A DNA stretch of 63,937 nucleotides, filler included, from Barthelona sp. PAP020 (GCA_040182905.1; 4 parts of 4 records of this genome joined end to end with filler, not necessarily neighbours in it), one strand, 5' to 3'; positions 38,603-50,563 are shown, numbered from the whole stretch's first letter. A program made the numbers and translations. The notes: generated by a model not told the origin, from the letters alone.

Positions 38603-40234
38603 ATGTCTTTAATAGAGTTATCACGTTTGTGGATACGAAAAGTATTATTTGGTCATTATTTAGAAGAACCTAAAGCATTGCTGTTAGATGAAATAACTTT
38701 AAGATTTGTATCATTAAGTATGAGTAGAAGTCAATTAATTGAAGATAAAGTATTGATTATTGAAACTTTAGAATCTCTTAAATATGAAGAAGATTCACCC
38801 ATATTACCCGCTATTGTTTTTATTACAAATGATGATAAAAGCATAAATTTATTAAAAAGACAATTAGAAGACCCAATTTTCCCTTCATATATTATTTTTT
38901 TTACAACTATTGTACCTCATTACACTTTGGAGATTATTGCTCAATCAGATGTAAACAGCAGAATTCAGCATATTAGCTCCATACAAACTCAATATTTTCC
39001 AATGTCACCAACCTCATTTTTAACCCCAAATTATTCATCAATTCAAAATCAATATGAGTCACTTAGTTTATGTAGTTTTATCAGTAATTTCAATACTATG
39101 CCTCAAATTATGTGTACAAAAGGAGATAACTATCTTGGGAAATTGGGAGACAAGATATTACAGCATTTTCAAGCATTAAACAACAAAAACATAACTAATG
39201 ATTCAATATTGTATCTCGTTGATCGAGATATTGATCCAATTACTCCTTGTATTTTGCATTGGACATATGAAGCTTTGCTACATGAAATTTTTGGAATAGA
39301 TGGAAATAAGATTGATTTTAAACAGTATAATAGAAGAGTTAAGGGATTTAAACCCCAAGGAAACTTGAAATATTTCATTTTAGACCCAGAAGGCGATGAT
39401 TTTTTCCAGGAAAATCGTGAGGTTGATTATAGTGTTTTGATGCAAGCATTCCATCAGCGAGTTACTGAATTTAACGAATTCAAACAGAAAGTTAACAATC
39501 AAGAAGATTCTCTCGAAAAGTTACGTTCTTTATTAGACACTGTAGATGATGTTAAGCATGAGTCTGCCATCATCAGTAGACACTTAATAATGATCAAAGA
39601 TATCAATGCCACAGTGGATAATGAACACCTTATTGATTGTGCTGAATTACAACATGAGTTATTGACGACTAACAACATAACGTTAGATAACGTTTTGGAG
39701 TCCTATATTATTCCCGTCGAAACCATGAGCTTGAATGAAAATCGTAAGGTATTGATGTATTTACTGTTGTTGAATAAGCTTGGTAGTTCTGTAAAAACTC
39801 TGTTTGATCAAGATTTGTTGATTAAATATGAGGATGTATTCACCAACTATATGTTTTTATTAACCAACGCCTATGGTACCAAAGAGGAAAGCAATAATTG
39901 GTTGACTGATTTTATCACGGCCAAAATTAACCAAGCAAAGGATGAATTTTCAAACACTGAATTGTTTAATTTCTGGAAGCCGAATATCATACGATTTTTA
40001 GAAAGAAAGCTGAAAAATTCCGACCCTAAAGCTTCAGATCCTCATTTTACCAGAAAAGGTCCGGACTTTTCCAGATCAAATCTCAAGAGAATCTTTATTT
40101 ATGTCAAAAATGGTGTTTTTTTGCAAGAGATTCATGCTATTAATAAATTGAGTCAAGAATTCAATTTACCCATATACATTGGTTCTGATAACATGTTGAA
40201 TTCAAACGAGTTCATTAAAATGTTAAAAAATTGA
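38603..40234 (+). CDS. VPS45: Sec1/Munc18 family protein, Vps45-like
   Basis: KALLLDE, IAQSD, LVDRDIDPITPCILHWTYEALLHE, DDFF, IGSDNMLNS. Confidence 0.85.
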   Translation: MSLIELSRLWIRKVLFGHYLEEPKALLLDEITLRFVSLSMSRSQLIEDKVLIIETLESLKYEEDSPILPAIVFITNDDKSINLLKRQLEDPIFPSYIIFFTTIVPHYTLEIIAQSDVNSRIQHISSIQTQYFPMSPTSFLTPNYSSIQNQYESLSLCSFISNFNTMPQIMCTKGDNYLGKLGDKILQHFQALNNKNITNDSILYLVDRDIDPITPCILHWTYEALLHEIFGIDGNKIDFKQYNRRVKGFKPQGNLKYFILDPEGDDFFQENREVDYSVLMQAFHQRVTEFNEFKQKVNNQEDSLEKLRSLLDTVDDVKHESAIISRHLIMIKDINATVDNEHLIDCAELQHELLTTNNITLDNVLESYIIPVETMSLNENRKVLMYLLLLNKLGSSVKTLFDQDLLIKYEDVFTNYMFLLTNAYGTKEESNNWLTDFITAKINQAKDEFSNTELFNFWKPNIIRFLERKLKNSDPKASDPHFTRKGPDFSRSNLKRIFIYVKNGVFLQEIHAINKLSQEFNLPIYIGSDNMLNSNEFIKMLKN

Positions 40235-40491
40235 AAATTTGGAATTTTTTGAAAAAATTGTTCTTTCTTTACATGTGTCTGAAAACTGATTTGTGTTTAT
40301 AAATGAAATTTTACACTTTTTATTGTTAAAGAAACTTTGCAACAGCTATATGTTTCCAACCTTTTCTTTTTCAAGTGTCAAAAGAGATCAATAATATTTT
40401 CCTGAAAACTCTACCCTTTGTTCGCACCACATACGACAAGAAAAACTCAATATAACTTTTTTACAATATGAATGTCCTTATGCCAAGGAAA

Positions 40492-41232
40492 TTAGGGCGA
40501 AAATTTCATCAATTCGGATTTCAATTCTGGGTCCATTTTCTCAATGGCGTATCTCAATCCTTCTCTACTGAAAGAAACAAAATTTTCCTTTATAAAATTA
40601 ACAACCAAGAGTAATTCACACTGAGACAAATTCCTTAGTACCCAACCAGTGCCCAATTGAACAAATCGTTCCTCATTCTGAATTGTGGTTGAGCATATAT
40701 CAATAATTTGCTGAGTGTATATTCCTTTATGAGCATCTTTTACAAGAGAAACACATGAAGAACGTTGTAACCAAATATTAGTTGAATCTTTCCATTGTGA
40801 TATATAATCAACAATTTTTAAACCTTTGTTTCTAATTATATTGTTAATAACACGAGAAGATAAACCATCACATGTTGCCCATTCAAAAACATATTCAGGA
40901 AACAAACTTTCTATCTCAATAATGAATGGTAGATCTAATTTATTTGAAATTTTTTTAAAAATACAAATGGCTACTCGTTTTTCTTCAAAACTGTCACATT
41001 TTAAAAAAGAGATTCCAATATTCTTAAGTTCTTCAACATTTAATGCTTTGAGATCTGTTTTAAAATAATCTCTCATTAAAGAATCAATTTTTGGAGCTTT
41101 AACCCCCAAACAGGGTATTTTTTTCTTCAAATAATTTGCCGCAAATTCAGCTTGTTGTGGGTCAGCAATGGAATATAAATCGTTTTTTAACCTTTCAAAA
41201 ATAAGATCATTATTGATATTTTCATCTAACAT
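40492..41232 (-). CDS. alkD: DNA alkylation repair glycosylase AlkD family (HEAT-like)
   Basis: YLK..LGVKAP, WATCDGL, W..STNIWLQRSS, ERFVQLGTGWVLR, SREGLRYAIEKM. Confidence 0.9.
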   Translation of the reverse strand: MLDENINNDLIFERLKNDLYSIADPQQAEFAANYLKKKIPCLGVKAPKIDSLMRDYFKTDLKALNVEELKNIGISFLKCDSFEEKRVAICIFKKISNKLDLPFIIEIESLFPEYVFEWATCDGLSSRVINNIIRNKGLKIVDYISQWKDSTNIWLQRSSCVSLVKDAHKGIYTQQIIDICSTTIQNEERFVQLGTGWVLRNLSQCELLLVVNFIKENFVSFSREGLRYAIEKMDPELKSELMKFSP

Positions 41233-41400
41233 TTTAAAAAAAAGCAAAAAAATCTCAATTTGATCATTTTGTTCAAATATTCATTATTATGATATTCTCT
41301 TAAAGAACATAAATTAATTTATTTATAGTTATTAACAAAAATTTTAAAAACTCTTTGTTTTCTTTCATTAATATCATCAAATTTCCAATTAATGATGTGA

Positions 41401-42954
41401 ATGAAGATTTATTTAATGTTTTTAGTCTTTATGATATTGATTGTACAAATCAAATGCAATTTATTAACCAAAATGAGTGAATTTGAAGAAGCAATTATTT
41501 TTTTAAGTCAAAATGCAACAGAAATTCTTAACAGTGACACCAAAATACTTCAAAATGATTGTATTTATTATGATTCATGTTCTCCTCATTCTTTTGTTGA
41601 CACATTTTGTGATAAAAACTTTGGATCCCACGTAAATTGTTCATGCGATGGTAATATGATATCAACTAATCATTCTATCACGGTTTTTTCGCCCAATACT
41701 GAAAAGAATGAAGAAACCATTAATGTTTTATGTCATTCAATTAAATTAGATGCTGTTTTCAAAGACATTCATGAACAGTATTCGGATTCACGTTGGGTAT
41801 ATGTTGGATTACAACAAGGGATACATAGACGTCTACCTGCTTCAAATCGAGCTGTAAAAGCAACAACATACAATTCAACTTGCTTTGAAGATAATTCTTC
41901 CAGTTGTCCTGTGTATAATCCTTTACAACGTGTTTGGTATGCTTCTGCTAGTACTTTTCCAAAAGATGTATTGATTTTGCTCGATATTTCTGGGTCTATG
42001 TCACACTATGATAGAATCGAAACAGCTAAGGAAGCAACGATTGCATTGATAAACACGTTGACTTTCATTGACTTCTTTAATGTGATTGTATTTGAAACAA
42101 CTGCTTATTTTTTGGATCCTGCATTGGATCAATTGATGCAAGCAACAGCCACAAATAAAGCTCATATTAAAGAGTTGATAATGAATTTGCAGCCCAGTGG
42201 TAAGAGCGATTTTAAACTTGCATTTGAAAAGGCTTTTGAGACTTTTTCTCACTCATACACACTGGGAGTGAGTGCCTATTGTTATGCTGCATTAATTTTA
42301 ATCAGTGATGGTGTGATCAAGGACACTTCTTTGATAAGTCATGTAGCAGCCTTAAATGTCAATGAACGGAACCAAAGAGTTGCTGTTGTGTTTGCTTATG
42401 CCCTTGATGAATCTGCGGACATCAGTGTCATATATAAATTGACATGTGCAAATGGTGGGTTGTTCAAGGTGTTGCATTCAACTGACAACATTCCCTACGA
42501 ATTAAGTCAGTACTATCAATACTTTGCCATGGGAGTGCGTAACACGAATCCTATCTTTAGTGAGATATATCAAGATGCTTCTGGACTCGGAGAAATGACT
42601 ACAATTTCAAAAGCCATTTACTCAAAAGATAACATTCCTAGGTTATTAGGCGTAGCAGGAATTGATGTTTCTTTGGATGAACTACTAAAATACGCAACGC
42701 TAGATGAAATTAAAACGATCATACGTCTCAAAGCAAATGTTTGTCCTAATTTTTCTCTAACTGAGTCTCAATTGGAAGAGATTAGACCTGCAAATTTCAA
42801 ATGCTACAATGAAATTGTTGATACTGATCTTCATATTGTGGTTTCGTCTCTTTTGTTCAGTTTTATTGGAATTTTCTCAGTTTGGTTCTTTTCAAAATAT
42901 AAAAAAAATAAAAACAGTACAAATAGAAGCACCCCTAAAGATCAGTTGGCTTAA
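41401..42954 (+). CDS. vWA + Cache domain type I membrane protein (calcium-channel alpha2delta/CACHD1-like)
   Basis: Signal peptide; YNPLQRVWY..PKDVLILLDISGSM (MIDAS); YQDASGLG, GVAGIDV; C-terminal TM. Confidence 0.88.
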   Translation: MKIYLMFLVFMILIVQIKCNLLTKMSEFEEAIIFLSQNATEILNSDTKILQNDCIYYDSCSPHSFVDTFCDKNFGSHVNCSCDGNMISTNHSITVFSPNTEKNEETINVLCHSIKLDAVFKDIHEQYSDSRWVYVGLQQGIHRRLPASNRAVKATTYNSTCFEDNSSSCPVYNPLQRVWYASASTFPKDVLILLDISGSMSHYDRIETAKEATIALINTLTFIDFFNVIVFETTAYFLDPALDQLMQATATNKAHIKELIMNLQPSGKSDFKLAFEKAFETFSHSYTLGVSAYCYAALILISDGVIKDTSLISHVAALNVNERNQRVAVVFAYALDESADISVIYKLTCANGGLFKVLHSTDNIPYELSQYYQYFAMGVRNTNPIFSEIYQDASGLGEMTTISKAIYSKDNIPRLLGVAGIDVSLDELLKYATLDEIKTIIRLKANVCPNFSLTESQLEEIRPANFKCYNEIVDTDLHIVVSSLLFSFIGIFSVWFFSKYKKNKNSTNRSTPKDQLA

Positions 42955-43107
42955 AAGAATGGAAATCTTCTCAAAAGTAAAAGAAAATGGTTTTACTTTT
43001 TTTTCTTTTTTCTTGCTGAGCTGTTTGCCTGCTTTTTGCTTTTTTTGGTACAGTAGGTCCCCTGTTGATTGCGCAAACCAAAAAAAAAAAAATTAAAACC
43101 AACGGCT

Positions 43108-45369
43108 TTACTCTTCAACAGTTTGAAACTTAGTGCCCACATCTTTGGGAATCAGTTTATTTTCCACCAACCAATCATAAACTTTTGCCTTCAATAAGAC
43201 ACAGCTATGATTAAAACTGAAAGTTGACCAATCATGAATTGAGTTGTTATCAACTTGAAAAATATCATGAAAGACACCAATCAACATGTCATCCCAGATT
43301 TTGGTCGGAATAGCGCAATACATAGATTCAGTATTGTCTTTATTGGGATGAAAGAAAAATTGGTTTGGAGAATTCGATTCCCGAATTTGTTCGAAGAGCT
43401 CAAATTTTGTCTTGCAAACTTCACAAAAATTTGCTAAAGGTAAATCCACGTCATACTTATTCTTCCATAAAGAAGCTAATCTTTTGCTTATAGTCAAATT
43501 CAATGATTCAAGATGTTTTCCATGCTCACAAATTTTAACTATATTGTCTATGTTTGAACATTTTGTGTTTATTACAAAAGTTTCTTCTTCTTTATTTGGT
43601 ATCACATGTTGAGGTTTTGGAAATAAGGAACATGTCTCACAAACCATGTTTTCATATGAAAGATCTTCAGAAAGATCAAGATTCAAAAGTCCACAAGCAT
43701 ATTGAAAAGCTTCTTTATTAATCTCAAAGAAATTCTCAAAAAATCCAGCCTCAGTTACTTTATTGTGTTTACAGAAATTAATTGTTGCATTGATATCATT
43801 GATGCTTCTCAAAACATATCTTGGGGGATATTCAAAACAACAAAACTTTGAAACTTCAAAACTTTGTGGATCTTTCTCCTTTTGCAAAAGTTTTCCATTG
43901 AATAATTCCCAAAGAATCCATTTGGGAAAACAATATTTTTGCAGGGAATTTTCTTTTGCAAGTTCTTGAGTCATTTCGAGTTTGCTAGAATTAATAACTG
44001 ACGAACTAGATGAATCAATTCCTAACATAGCATCTACATCGTTTAGCAATTTAATTGGCTCTTCTTTTTTGTTTTCAGCAAAACTAACACTGTTACTTGT
44101 TTGAGAAGCATTTAGTAGTCTCATTAACTCTGCTAATTTTATAGGCAGATCTCCAAAAGGAACTTTTGAAAATTTCTTCCATGCAACATCCAATTTTTCA
44201 GCAGTTTGATTAAATTCGATAAGATCGTTGACCAAACACTCATTTATATGAACTTGTGGATCAAATACCTTCTTTATCTTATCATTATCAGATTCTAATT
44301 CATAGAAAGCCAGAACGGGATTCTTCACAATTATAAAAGCTTGTAACTGCTTTTTTTCCTTTTCTTTCTCATCATCTGATAGTAAAGTCCCCTTTTCTTC
44401 TTCAAAATACAACTTTTTGTTCACTTTATAAACAATTTCATCAGATACACGAACACATTTAAAATTTTTAAACGTGCTGAAATCAAATTGAAAGAATAAA
44501 CAAAAATAATGACCATTTGAAGCACTTCCATGATGAAAAACTATCGACTTTAATCGATAATCATCAAAAAGTTTTAAAGGTAAACGTCTTTTAAAATTTT
44601 GTCTTTGAGTCAGTGAAGAATCCATGTTAAACGTCAATTGGTTATAAAATACAGGCAAAATATTAGGTCTATTGTTACTATTTTCAAAAGAATGCGTTTG
44701 AATAAACCCTTGCATAGATTGACATTTCTCACAATTGAATTCCCCTTCACATGACATTAATTCGTTAATTTCAGATGTATTTGAAGAATCTAAAACATTG
44801 ATAGACAAACTAACATATTTATTCAAAGTTTCAAGACAATGACCGCATTTTTTACAATTCATTTGTGATTGAATATTGATATAAAGAGTATTAAACTTTT
44901 CATTAAAATTACACAAATAATCAACCAAAAAAGTGTAAAATTCAGTCGCATCCTGTTGTATATAAGGTGAAAGATCCCATTGTTTAATTAAATTGGAATT
45001 ATTTATGCATTTGAATTTGCCGTAAATTAAGTATAAAAAAAAAGTCTTTAAATCTTGCATTTCCATGTCATTAGAATCAGATGTAAATAACAAATATTTA
45101 AAATAATCAAGTTGAGTCAAAGATTGCAATATGCTGTTGCAAAAACATAAGAAACATTCATTCTCTAAACCACTCACATTAATTTCACTATCTCTTAAAA
45201 GATTTTCATAATGAATCCTAGGTAATGCTATATTTATATCATTTAAGGTTAAATTATTGTAATCAATTGTAAAAGAATTACAATTTGATAATTCATCAAA
45301 TTCATCATAATATTTTTCTTCATCAATTATTTCAGGAGCTTTTTTTATCCCTGGTTCATCAAAACTCAT
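43108..45369 (-). CDS. Ubiquitin-specific protease (C19 family)
   Basis: Cys box GLEN...CFCNSILQSL, QQDATEF, His box HHGSASNGHY, VSDE. Confidence 0.88.
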   Translation of the reverse strand: MSFDEPGIKKAPEIIDEEKYYDEFDELSNCNSFTIDYNNLTLNDINIALPRIHYENLLRDSEINVSGLENECFLCFCNSILQSLTQLDYFKYLLFTSDSNDMEMQDLKTFFLYLIYGKFKCINNSNLIKQWDLSPYIQQDATEFYTFLVDYLCNFNEKFNTLYINIQSQMNCKKCGHCLETLNKYVSLSINVLDSSNTSEINELMSCEGEFNCEKCQSMQGFIQTHSFENSNNRPNILPVFYNQLTFNMDSSLTQRQNFKRRLPLKLFDDYRLKSIVFHHGSASNGHYFCLFFQFDFSTFKNFKCVRVSDEIVYKVNKKLYFEEEKGTLLSDDEKEKEKKQLQAFIIVKNPVLAFYELESDNDKIKKVFDPQVHINECLVNDLIEFNQTAEKLDVAWKKFSKVPFGDLPIKLAELMRLLNASQTSNSVSFAENKKEEPIKLLNDVDAMLGIDSSSSSVINSSKLEMTQELAKENSLQKYCFPKWILWELFNGKLLQKEKDPQSFEVSKFCCFEYPPRYVLRSINDINATINFCKHNKVTEAGFFENFFEINKEAFQYACGLLNLDLSEDLSYENMVCETCSLFPKPQHVIPNKEEETFVINTKCSNIDNIVKICEHGKHLESLNLTISKRLASLWKNKYDVDLPLANFCEVCKTKFELFEQIRESNSPNQFFFHPNKDNTESMYCAIPTKIWDDMLIGVFHDIFQVDNNSIHDWSTFSFNHSCVLLKAKVYDWLVENKLIPKDVGTKFQTVEE

Positions 45370-45439
45370 AATAACATTGAATAAAAAAAACCAAAAATCT
45401 CTATCAGTTTTTTTCTTAGATTAACCATGTATATTCAAA

Positions 45440-46618
45440 ATGTATTCAAACGAAACAGACTTTCAGAGTTTATTTGAAGAAAAAACTAAGAATAATTTTG
45501 GATATATTTTTTTTAGAGCAATTTGGATTATTTTATTTGCAATTTTAGCCGCTTCCATTACTTTTTGGATAAAAACTGTATTGATTTATGATGATATGTT
45601 AAATTTTTCCAATATTTTATTGAATATTATTGGTTCTATTATTATGAGTGTAACTACTCAAGCTTTAGAATTATCATTACGTTCTCGAAATATTTTAATA
45701 TTAAGTGGAATTCAAGATGGTTTTTGTTCTGTAATCACAACTTTTGGTAATTTCATTGAAGATACAGATTCAATGCTTTTTGCCGGCAGTTTTTCATATT
45801 TTTTCTCGCACATATTCTTGCAATTGTTTTTTTCTTTTTTCTTTTATGAAATATTTAGAGCTTTAACAAGAGTTTTTTTTCACAAAAAAAGAAGTATTTT
45901 AAGAAAAAAAAAAGATGCTTTTGAAATGATAGATACCGATACAGATAGCGAAATTGATAGTGATTACACCCATTTTGACAATGTGAATGACAAAACAAAG
46001 GACTACAAAATTGATCGTCTTCTTGATGCTGATGAAAGCAGCATAGATGATGTTTTACCCAACTTATTCCAGGGAATTTTGTTATTTATTCTGGTTTTTG
46101 TTCCATTTGCCATGGTTTTTTGGATAATACCTCATGTTGGTATTGAATTTTGGGATGATGAGGCAATCTTCTATTGCTTAAATGAAATCAGTTGTTCAGA
46201 TCAATCATTGCGGATGTTTTTCATCCATGTATCCTTCAGTGTTACTGGAGCTTTGGTTGGAACCTTTGTTTCAAATTCCGTTGTTCAACATCCTACGTTG
46301 ATGCGCTGGGGAACGTTTCAGGTAAATATGATCTCTTGCATTTTGATTGCAATTAGCCATAATCTGTTGGTTATGCGGGCCACAATTTTCGGTTTCAGCA
46401 TACAATTTTCGGCCCAAATCTTCAAGACATTTATTTCAAGTTTTTGTGGTTCTGAATCATCATTTGGTGGATTAATCGATGAAACAAGCACTTTAGCACA
46501 CAATCCACACGTTCAAAGAAAAACCGTATTTAGAAATGTCTTCTATAATTGGTTTGTTTGTCAAGCGTTATTTTTATTAGTTGTTCAAATATTTAGAGTT
46601 TATTTATTCTATCAATGA
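45440..46618 (+). CDS. FEX: Fluoride exporter FEX (two fused CrcB/Fluc domains)
   Basis: LNIIGS...GFCSVITTFGNF and WGTFQVN...SFCGSESSFGGL; multiple TM segments. Confidence 0.75.
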   Translation: MYSNETDFQSLFEEKTKNNFGYIFFRAIWIILFAILAASITFWIKTVLIYDDMLNFSNILLNIIGSIIMSVTTQALELSLRSRNILILSGIQDGFCSVITTFGNFIEDTDSMLFAGSFSYFFSHIFLQLFFSFFFYEIFRALTRVFFHKKRSILRKKKDAFEMIDTDTDSEIDSDYTHFDNVNDKTKDYKIDRLLDADESSIDDVLPNLFQGILLFILVFVPFAMVFWIIPHVGIEFWDDEAIFYCLNEISCSDQSLRMFFIHVSFSVTGALVGTFVSNSVVQHPTLMRWGTFQVNMISCILIAISHNLLVMRATIFGFSIQFSAQIFKTFISSFCGSESSFGGLIDETSTLAHNPHVQRKTVFRNVFYNWFVCQALFLLVVQIFRVYLFYQ

Positions 46619-47051
46619 TCAAAAACAAAATAAATAGAACCCAAAGGGAATTTTTTTCTTTTTAAAGATTTTTTCTTTTTAGACGTTTCATTGTTTTAAT
46701 TCTTCAATTTTGACCATGATTTAACCAATTTTATTTCTCCTTTATAAATTTTCCAAGAAGTTTCTTTCCATTTTTTAAAAAAATTTATGACCTTTGGACC
46801 TATCATGAAATGTTCAACAATGATTAATAAATTCTATTCAATGAAAAATTAACTTTTTTATTAGTTTTTTTTTACTGTAATTAAAGTAATTTATTTTTCG
46901 TTAAAGCAATATTATTAACATCTAAATATTGAATTTTCAAGGAACTCAAAAACTTTCACGAGGTTTCTTTTTTTCTTTCAACAATTTCTCGAGATAAATT
47001 TTATTTTATCAACAGTTTCTTGGATAAACTTTTTATTTTATCATTTTGGTC

Positions 47052-49889
47052 ATGGTTGAAATCGAAGATTTACCTTTACTTCCAAAAGTTAGGACAAGTG
47101 CTACTGCTGCTCATCAAAAACCCGATGTTGCAAGTCGTTTCAAAAGAAATCAACAAATTCCTCAAAATCAATTACATTCTTGTTTTGAATTGGATGAACC
47201 TTTATATACTGAAGAAGAAGCTGTTCGTGAAGCTCTTAGATGCATGAAATGTGCTGATGCACCATGTTCTTATGGTTGTCCTTCTAATGTTGATGTTAAA
47301 AGTTTTATTCAAGCCATTGCAACTGGTGACTTTTACTCTGCGGCTAAAACTGTTGTTTCTGACAATCCATTAGGTTATACCTGTGGTTTAGTATGTCCTG
47401 GAGAGAATTTTTGCATGTCGACTTGTAATGCTCATTCTTTGGTAAGTGGACCCATTAATATTCCTAAATTACAAGCTTTCATTATGAATTGGTTGAATAA
47501 CAATAATATCCCTTTGAAAGTTCCCAAAGTTGAATATGAGACCAAGATTGGTTTGATTGGTTCTGGACCTGCTTCTTTAAGTTGTGCAACATATTTAAAG
47601 AGATTGGGTCATGATAAAGTTAAAATTTACGAAAAGCTCAATGTAATTGGTGGAACAATGAGTAATGTTATTCCTCCTTTTAGATTACCAAAGCCTGTTG
47701 TTGATTCTGAAATTGAACGTATCCAAAAATCTGGTGTTCAGTTTGAATTAGGTATTGATGTTGATTTAAAGAAAATTGAAGAATTCAAGAATGAAAAGAA
47801 CCTTGATAGTGTCTTTTTAGCTCCTGGTTTAGGAAAGCCAGTTATTGATGAGAATTTCCAAGTTGATAATGAACAAATTTTTGATTGCAAGACTTTCCTA
47901 TCTGTTGTTAACGAAAAAACTAACTGTGGTAAAATTGATGAGTTACCTAATTTTTATGGAAAGCGTGTTGCTGTTCTTGGAGCTGGTGATTCTGCTATTG
48001 ATTGCGCTAGAAGTGCTATTCGTCTTGGTGCTGCTCGTACTGAATTAATATTTAGAAGATCTATTCAAGATATGCGTTGTAGTGAAGCTGAAAAGAAATC
48101 TTGTATGGCGGAAGGTGTTGTTTTTAATCCTAATCTTCAACCTGTTGGTTTTGAAAACAATACTGTCAAATGTGTTCGTTTCCAAGAAACTTTAAATGGA
48201 TATGAGGAATTTAAGGATCAAGTTAGTTGTATTCCTGCAGATATTGTAATTGTTGCTTTTGGTTTCACAGGCACCAAGTATAAACCTGAATGGTTAACTC
48301 AAAAATTAGATAAGTATGATTGGTTATTTGTTGGTGGTGATGCCGCTTGTATTGGCAACACTGTTGTTGAAGCAATTGGTTCTGGTAAGCGTGCAGCTTT
48401 AGCAATTCATAAACAATTAACTGGTGAAACTGTTGCTTTGCCTGAAGTTGAAAGTGGTGTAGAAGATGTTGACATTTCTTTCGAAATTTGTGGTGTTAAA
48501 TTCCCTAATCCTTTTGGTCTTGCTTCTGCTCCTCCTACCACTTGTGCCTCTATGATTGATCGTGCCTTTGAAGAAGGTTGGGGATTTGCTGTTATCAAAA
48601 CAGTCGTTTTTGAAGAGGAAGATAAAATGTTAGTTAATGTCAGTCCTAGAATTGCCCGTCAAGGCGTCTCTTTAGTTCATGGTTCTAATCAACAAGGTTT
48701 CCTTAATATTGAATTACTAACTGAAAAGAGACCTATTTATTGGAAAAGAGCAATAAACTCATTGAAGGAAAAGCATCCTGATAAAGTCATCGTATGTTCC
48801 ATCATGTGTACTCATGATAAAGAAGAGTGGAAGAAAGCAATTGAATTTTTCAATGATTCAAAAGCTGATATTTATGAATTAAATCTGTCTTGTCCCCACA
48901 GTGGTGATCGTGGTTATGGTATTGCCTGTGGTCAAGATGCTGACACTGTTTATGAAATCACCAGTTGGGTTAAGGAATTTGCCACAAAACCAGTTTTTGT
49001 CAAATTGACCCCAAATATTACAGATATCGTTTTTATTGCTGATGCAGCTATTGCAGGTGGTTGTGATGGTCTTACAGCCATTAATACCGTGTCTGGTATA
49101 GTTACTATTGACAAAGATGGTGCTCCATGGCCCGCTGTTGGTAGTGAAAAACTTGGTGCATATGGTGGTGTATCAGGTAATCTTATTCGTCATATGGGAC
49201 TTCGTGCTATTTCTGCAATTAGAAAAAAATATCCTGACATTCCATTGTTAGCTACTGGTGGTTGTGATGGTGGTTTGAGTGCCATGCAATACATTCATGC
49301 AGGTGCACATGGTATTCAAGTTGCTAGTGCAATTATGAATCAAGATTATTCTATTGTTCGTGATATGAAATTAGGAATCCAACATTCTATTTACGAAAGA
49401 AACCAGACTAGAACTGAATCAAAGAAAATTAGATCAACACTTTCTCCTGAAGATTATCACCCAGCCATGGGTGAACATCAATATGGTTCACATATGGTTG
49501 TTGAGGTCAAAACAAGAGAAATTGAAGCTCCTAAAGAACCTGTTACCATGGAAAATGTCCGTTCTTTGACCGTTAAAAAACATTTACAACCTGGTGTAGA
49601 ACAATTATCACGTACACAACAAGTCATTGCAAGAATTTCATATGATGACTGTTTGAATTGTGGTAAATGTTTTATGTCTTGTGCAGATACAGGTTATCAA
49701 GCAATCGAATTTGGAAGTGATCATATTCCAATTATTACAGACCGTTGTATGGGTTGTGGACTTTGTTGCAGTGTTTGTCCTTCTCAAGCCATTGCTATGG
49801 AATTCAAGGGTGTTGTTCATAAAGTTAATCGTGGTGGTAATGACGACGACTATACTTATATTGAACAAGATTGTGTTAATGATTGGTAA
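47052..49889 (+). CDS. DPYD: Dihydropyrimidine dehydrogenase (NADP+), single-chain
   Basis: EALRCMKCADAPC..CP, GSGPAS, GAGDSAIDCA, NPFGLASAPP, ELNLSCPH, KLTPN; C-terminal 2x[4Fe-4S] CLNCGKC..C / CMGCGLCCSVCP; first ATG at 47052. Confidence 0.96.
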   Translation: MVEIEDLPLLPKVRTSATAAHQKPDVASRFKRNQQIPQNQLHSCFELDEPLYTEEEAVREALRCMKCADAPCSYGCPSNVDVKSFIQAIATGDFYSAAKTVVSDNPLGYTCGLVCPGENFCMSTCNAHSLVSGPINIPKLQAFIMNWLNNNNIPLKVPKVEYETKIGLIGSGPASLSCATYLKRLGHDKVKIYEKLNVIGGTMSNVIPPFRLPKPVVDSEIERIQKSGVQFELGIDVDLKKIEEFKNEKNLDSVFLAPGLGKPVIDENFQVDNEQIFDCKTFLSVVNEKTNCGKIDELPNFYGKRVAVLGAGDSAIDCARSAIRLGAARTELIFRRSIQDMRCSEAEKKSCMAEGVVFNPNLQPVGFENNTVKCVRFQETLNGYEEFKDQVSCIPADIVIVAFGFTGTKYKPEWLTQKLDKYDWLFVGGDAACIGNTVVEAIGSGKRAALAIHKQLTGETVALPEVESGVEDVDISFEICGVKFPNPFGLASAPPTTCASMIDRAFEEGWGFAVIKTVVFEEEDKMLVNVSPRIARQGVSLVHGSNQQGFLNIELLTEKRPIYWKRAINSLKEKHPDKVIVCSIMCTHDKEEWKKAIEFFNDSKADIYELNLSCPHSGDRGYGIACGQDADTVYEITSWVKEFATKPVFVKLTPNITDIVFIADAAIAGGCDGLTAINTVSGIVTIDKDGAPWPAVGSEKLGAYGGVSGNLIRHMGLRAISAIRKKYPDIPLLATGGCDGGLSAMQYIHAGAHGIQVASAIMNQDYSIVRDMKLGIQHSIYERNQTRTESKKIRSTLSPEDYHPAMGEHQYGSHMVVEVKTREIEAPKEPVTMENVRSLTVKKHLQPGVEQLSRTQQVIARISYDDCLNCGKCFMSCADTGYQAIEFGSDHIPIITDRCMGCGLCCSVCPSQAIAMEFKGVVHKVNRGGNDDDYTYIEQDCVNDW

Positions 49890-49994
49890 GCAGATAGATG
49901 ATGATATGATTGGTTTTTTTTAATTCAATCGTCATATGATTGTCTTTTGGAAATAAATTCTCTTTCGATTTTTTTTTAAACAATTCAAGCAAGT

Positions 49995-50348
49995 GTTCGT
50001 AGCAAAGCGAACTGATTTCACAGAAATGACAATACAAATGTGTTTAAGGTTCTTCTTGCAATTTCTGATATTAATATGTTTCAAAATTGAAAAGTTCAAG
50101 CAATAACACGGAAACACAAGAATTCTAAGATTAAGGATACAAGTAAATAAAACAGGTCAAGAGGCACCATCAAAGTCCAACAAAGAGAACATAAGTGGAG
50201 ACATTAAGTGAATCAAACGACTAAAGGAAAGTATCACTTTTTTGTTTAAATGCCCTACCCATCTAAACCTGAAGTATCTCTCTTTTTTTTAAGAATGTTC
50301 TGAACCACCATCCACGCAAAACGAACCAGTTGCAAGTTCTCCCAAACT
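49995..50348 (+). repeat. Left arm of ~354-bp diverged inverted repeat
   Basis: Colinear with the reverse complement of 50699-51051 (shared blocks AGCAAAGCG, AAATGTGTTTAAGGTT, CTTCTTGCAATTTCTGAT, AAGGATACAAGT, TGTTCTGAACC, ATCCACGCAAAAC, CAGTTGCAAGT, CCCAAACT). Confidence 0.85.
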
Positions 50349-50563
50349 TGTGAAGCGCAGCTGGCATTTCATAAGAGAGCAACAACAAGAAAATGTTTGG
50401 ATGCGTTTGTGTGAGTCAAGCAAAACCCACAATATGCTAGTCTGTTTCCCTACACCAGATCAAACAGTATCAGAGATTAATCCTACAAAGTTTCAGCCTG
50501 TGACAAGAACTTTGCGGGAAAAGAGAAAAGAATGTTTTCCGGTGCAGGAAAAACTTTCCCGCC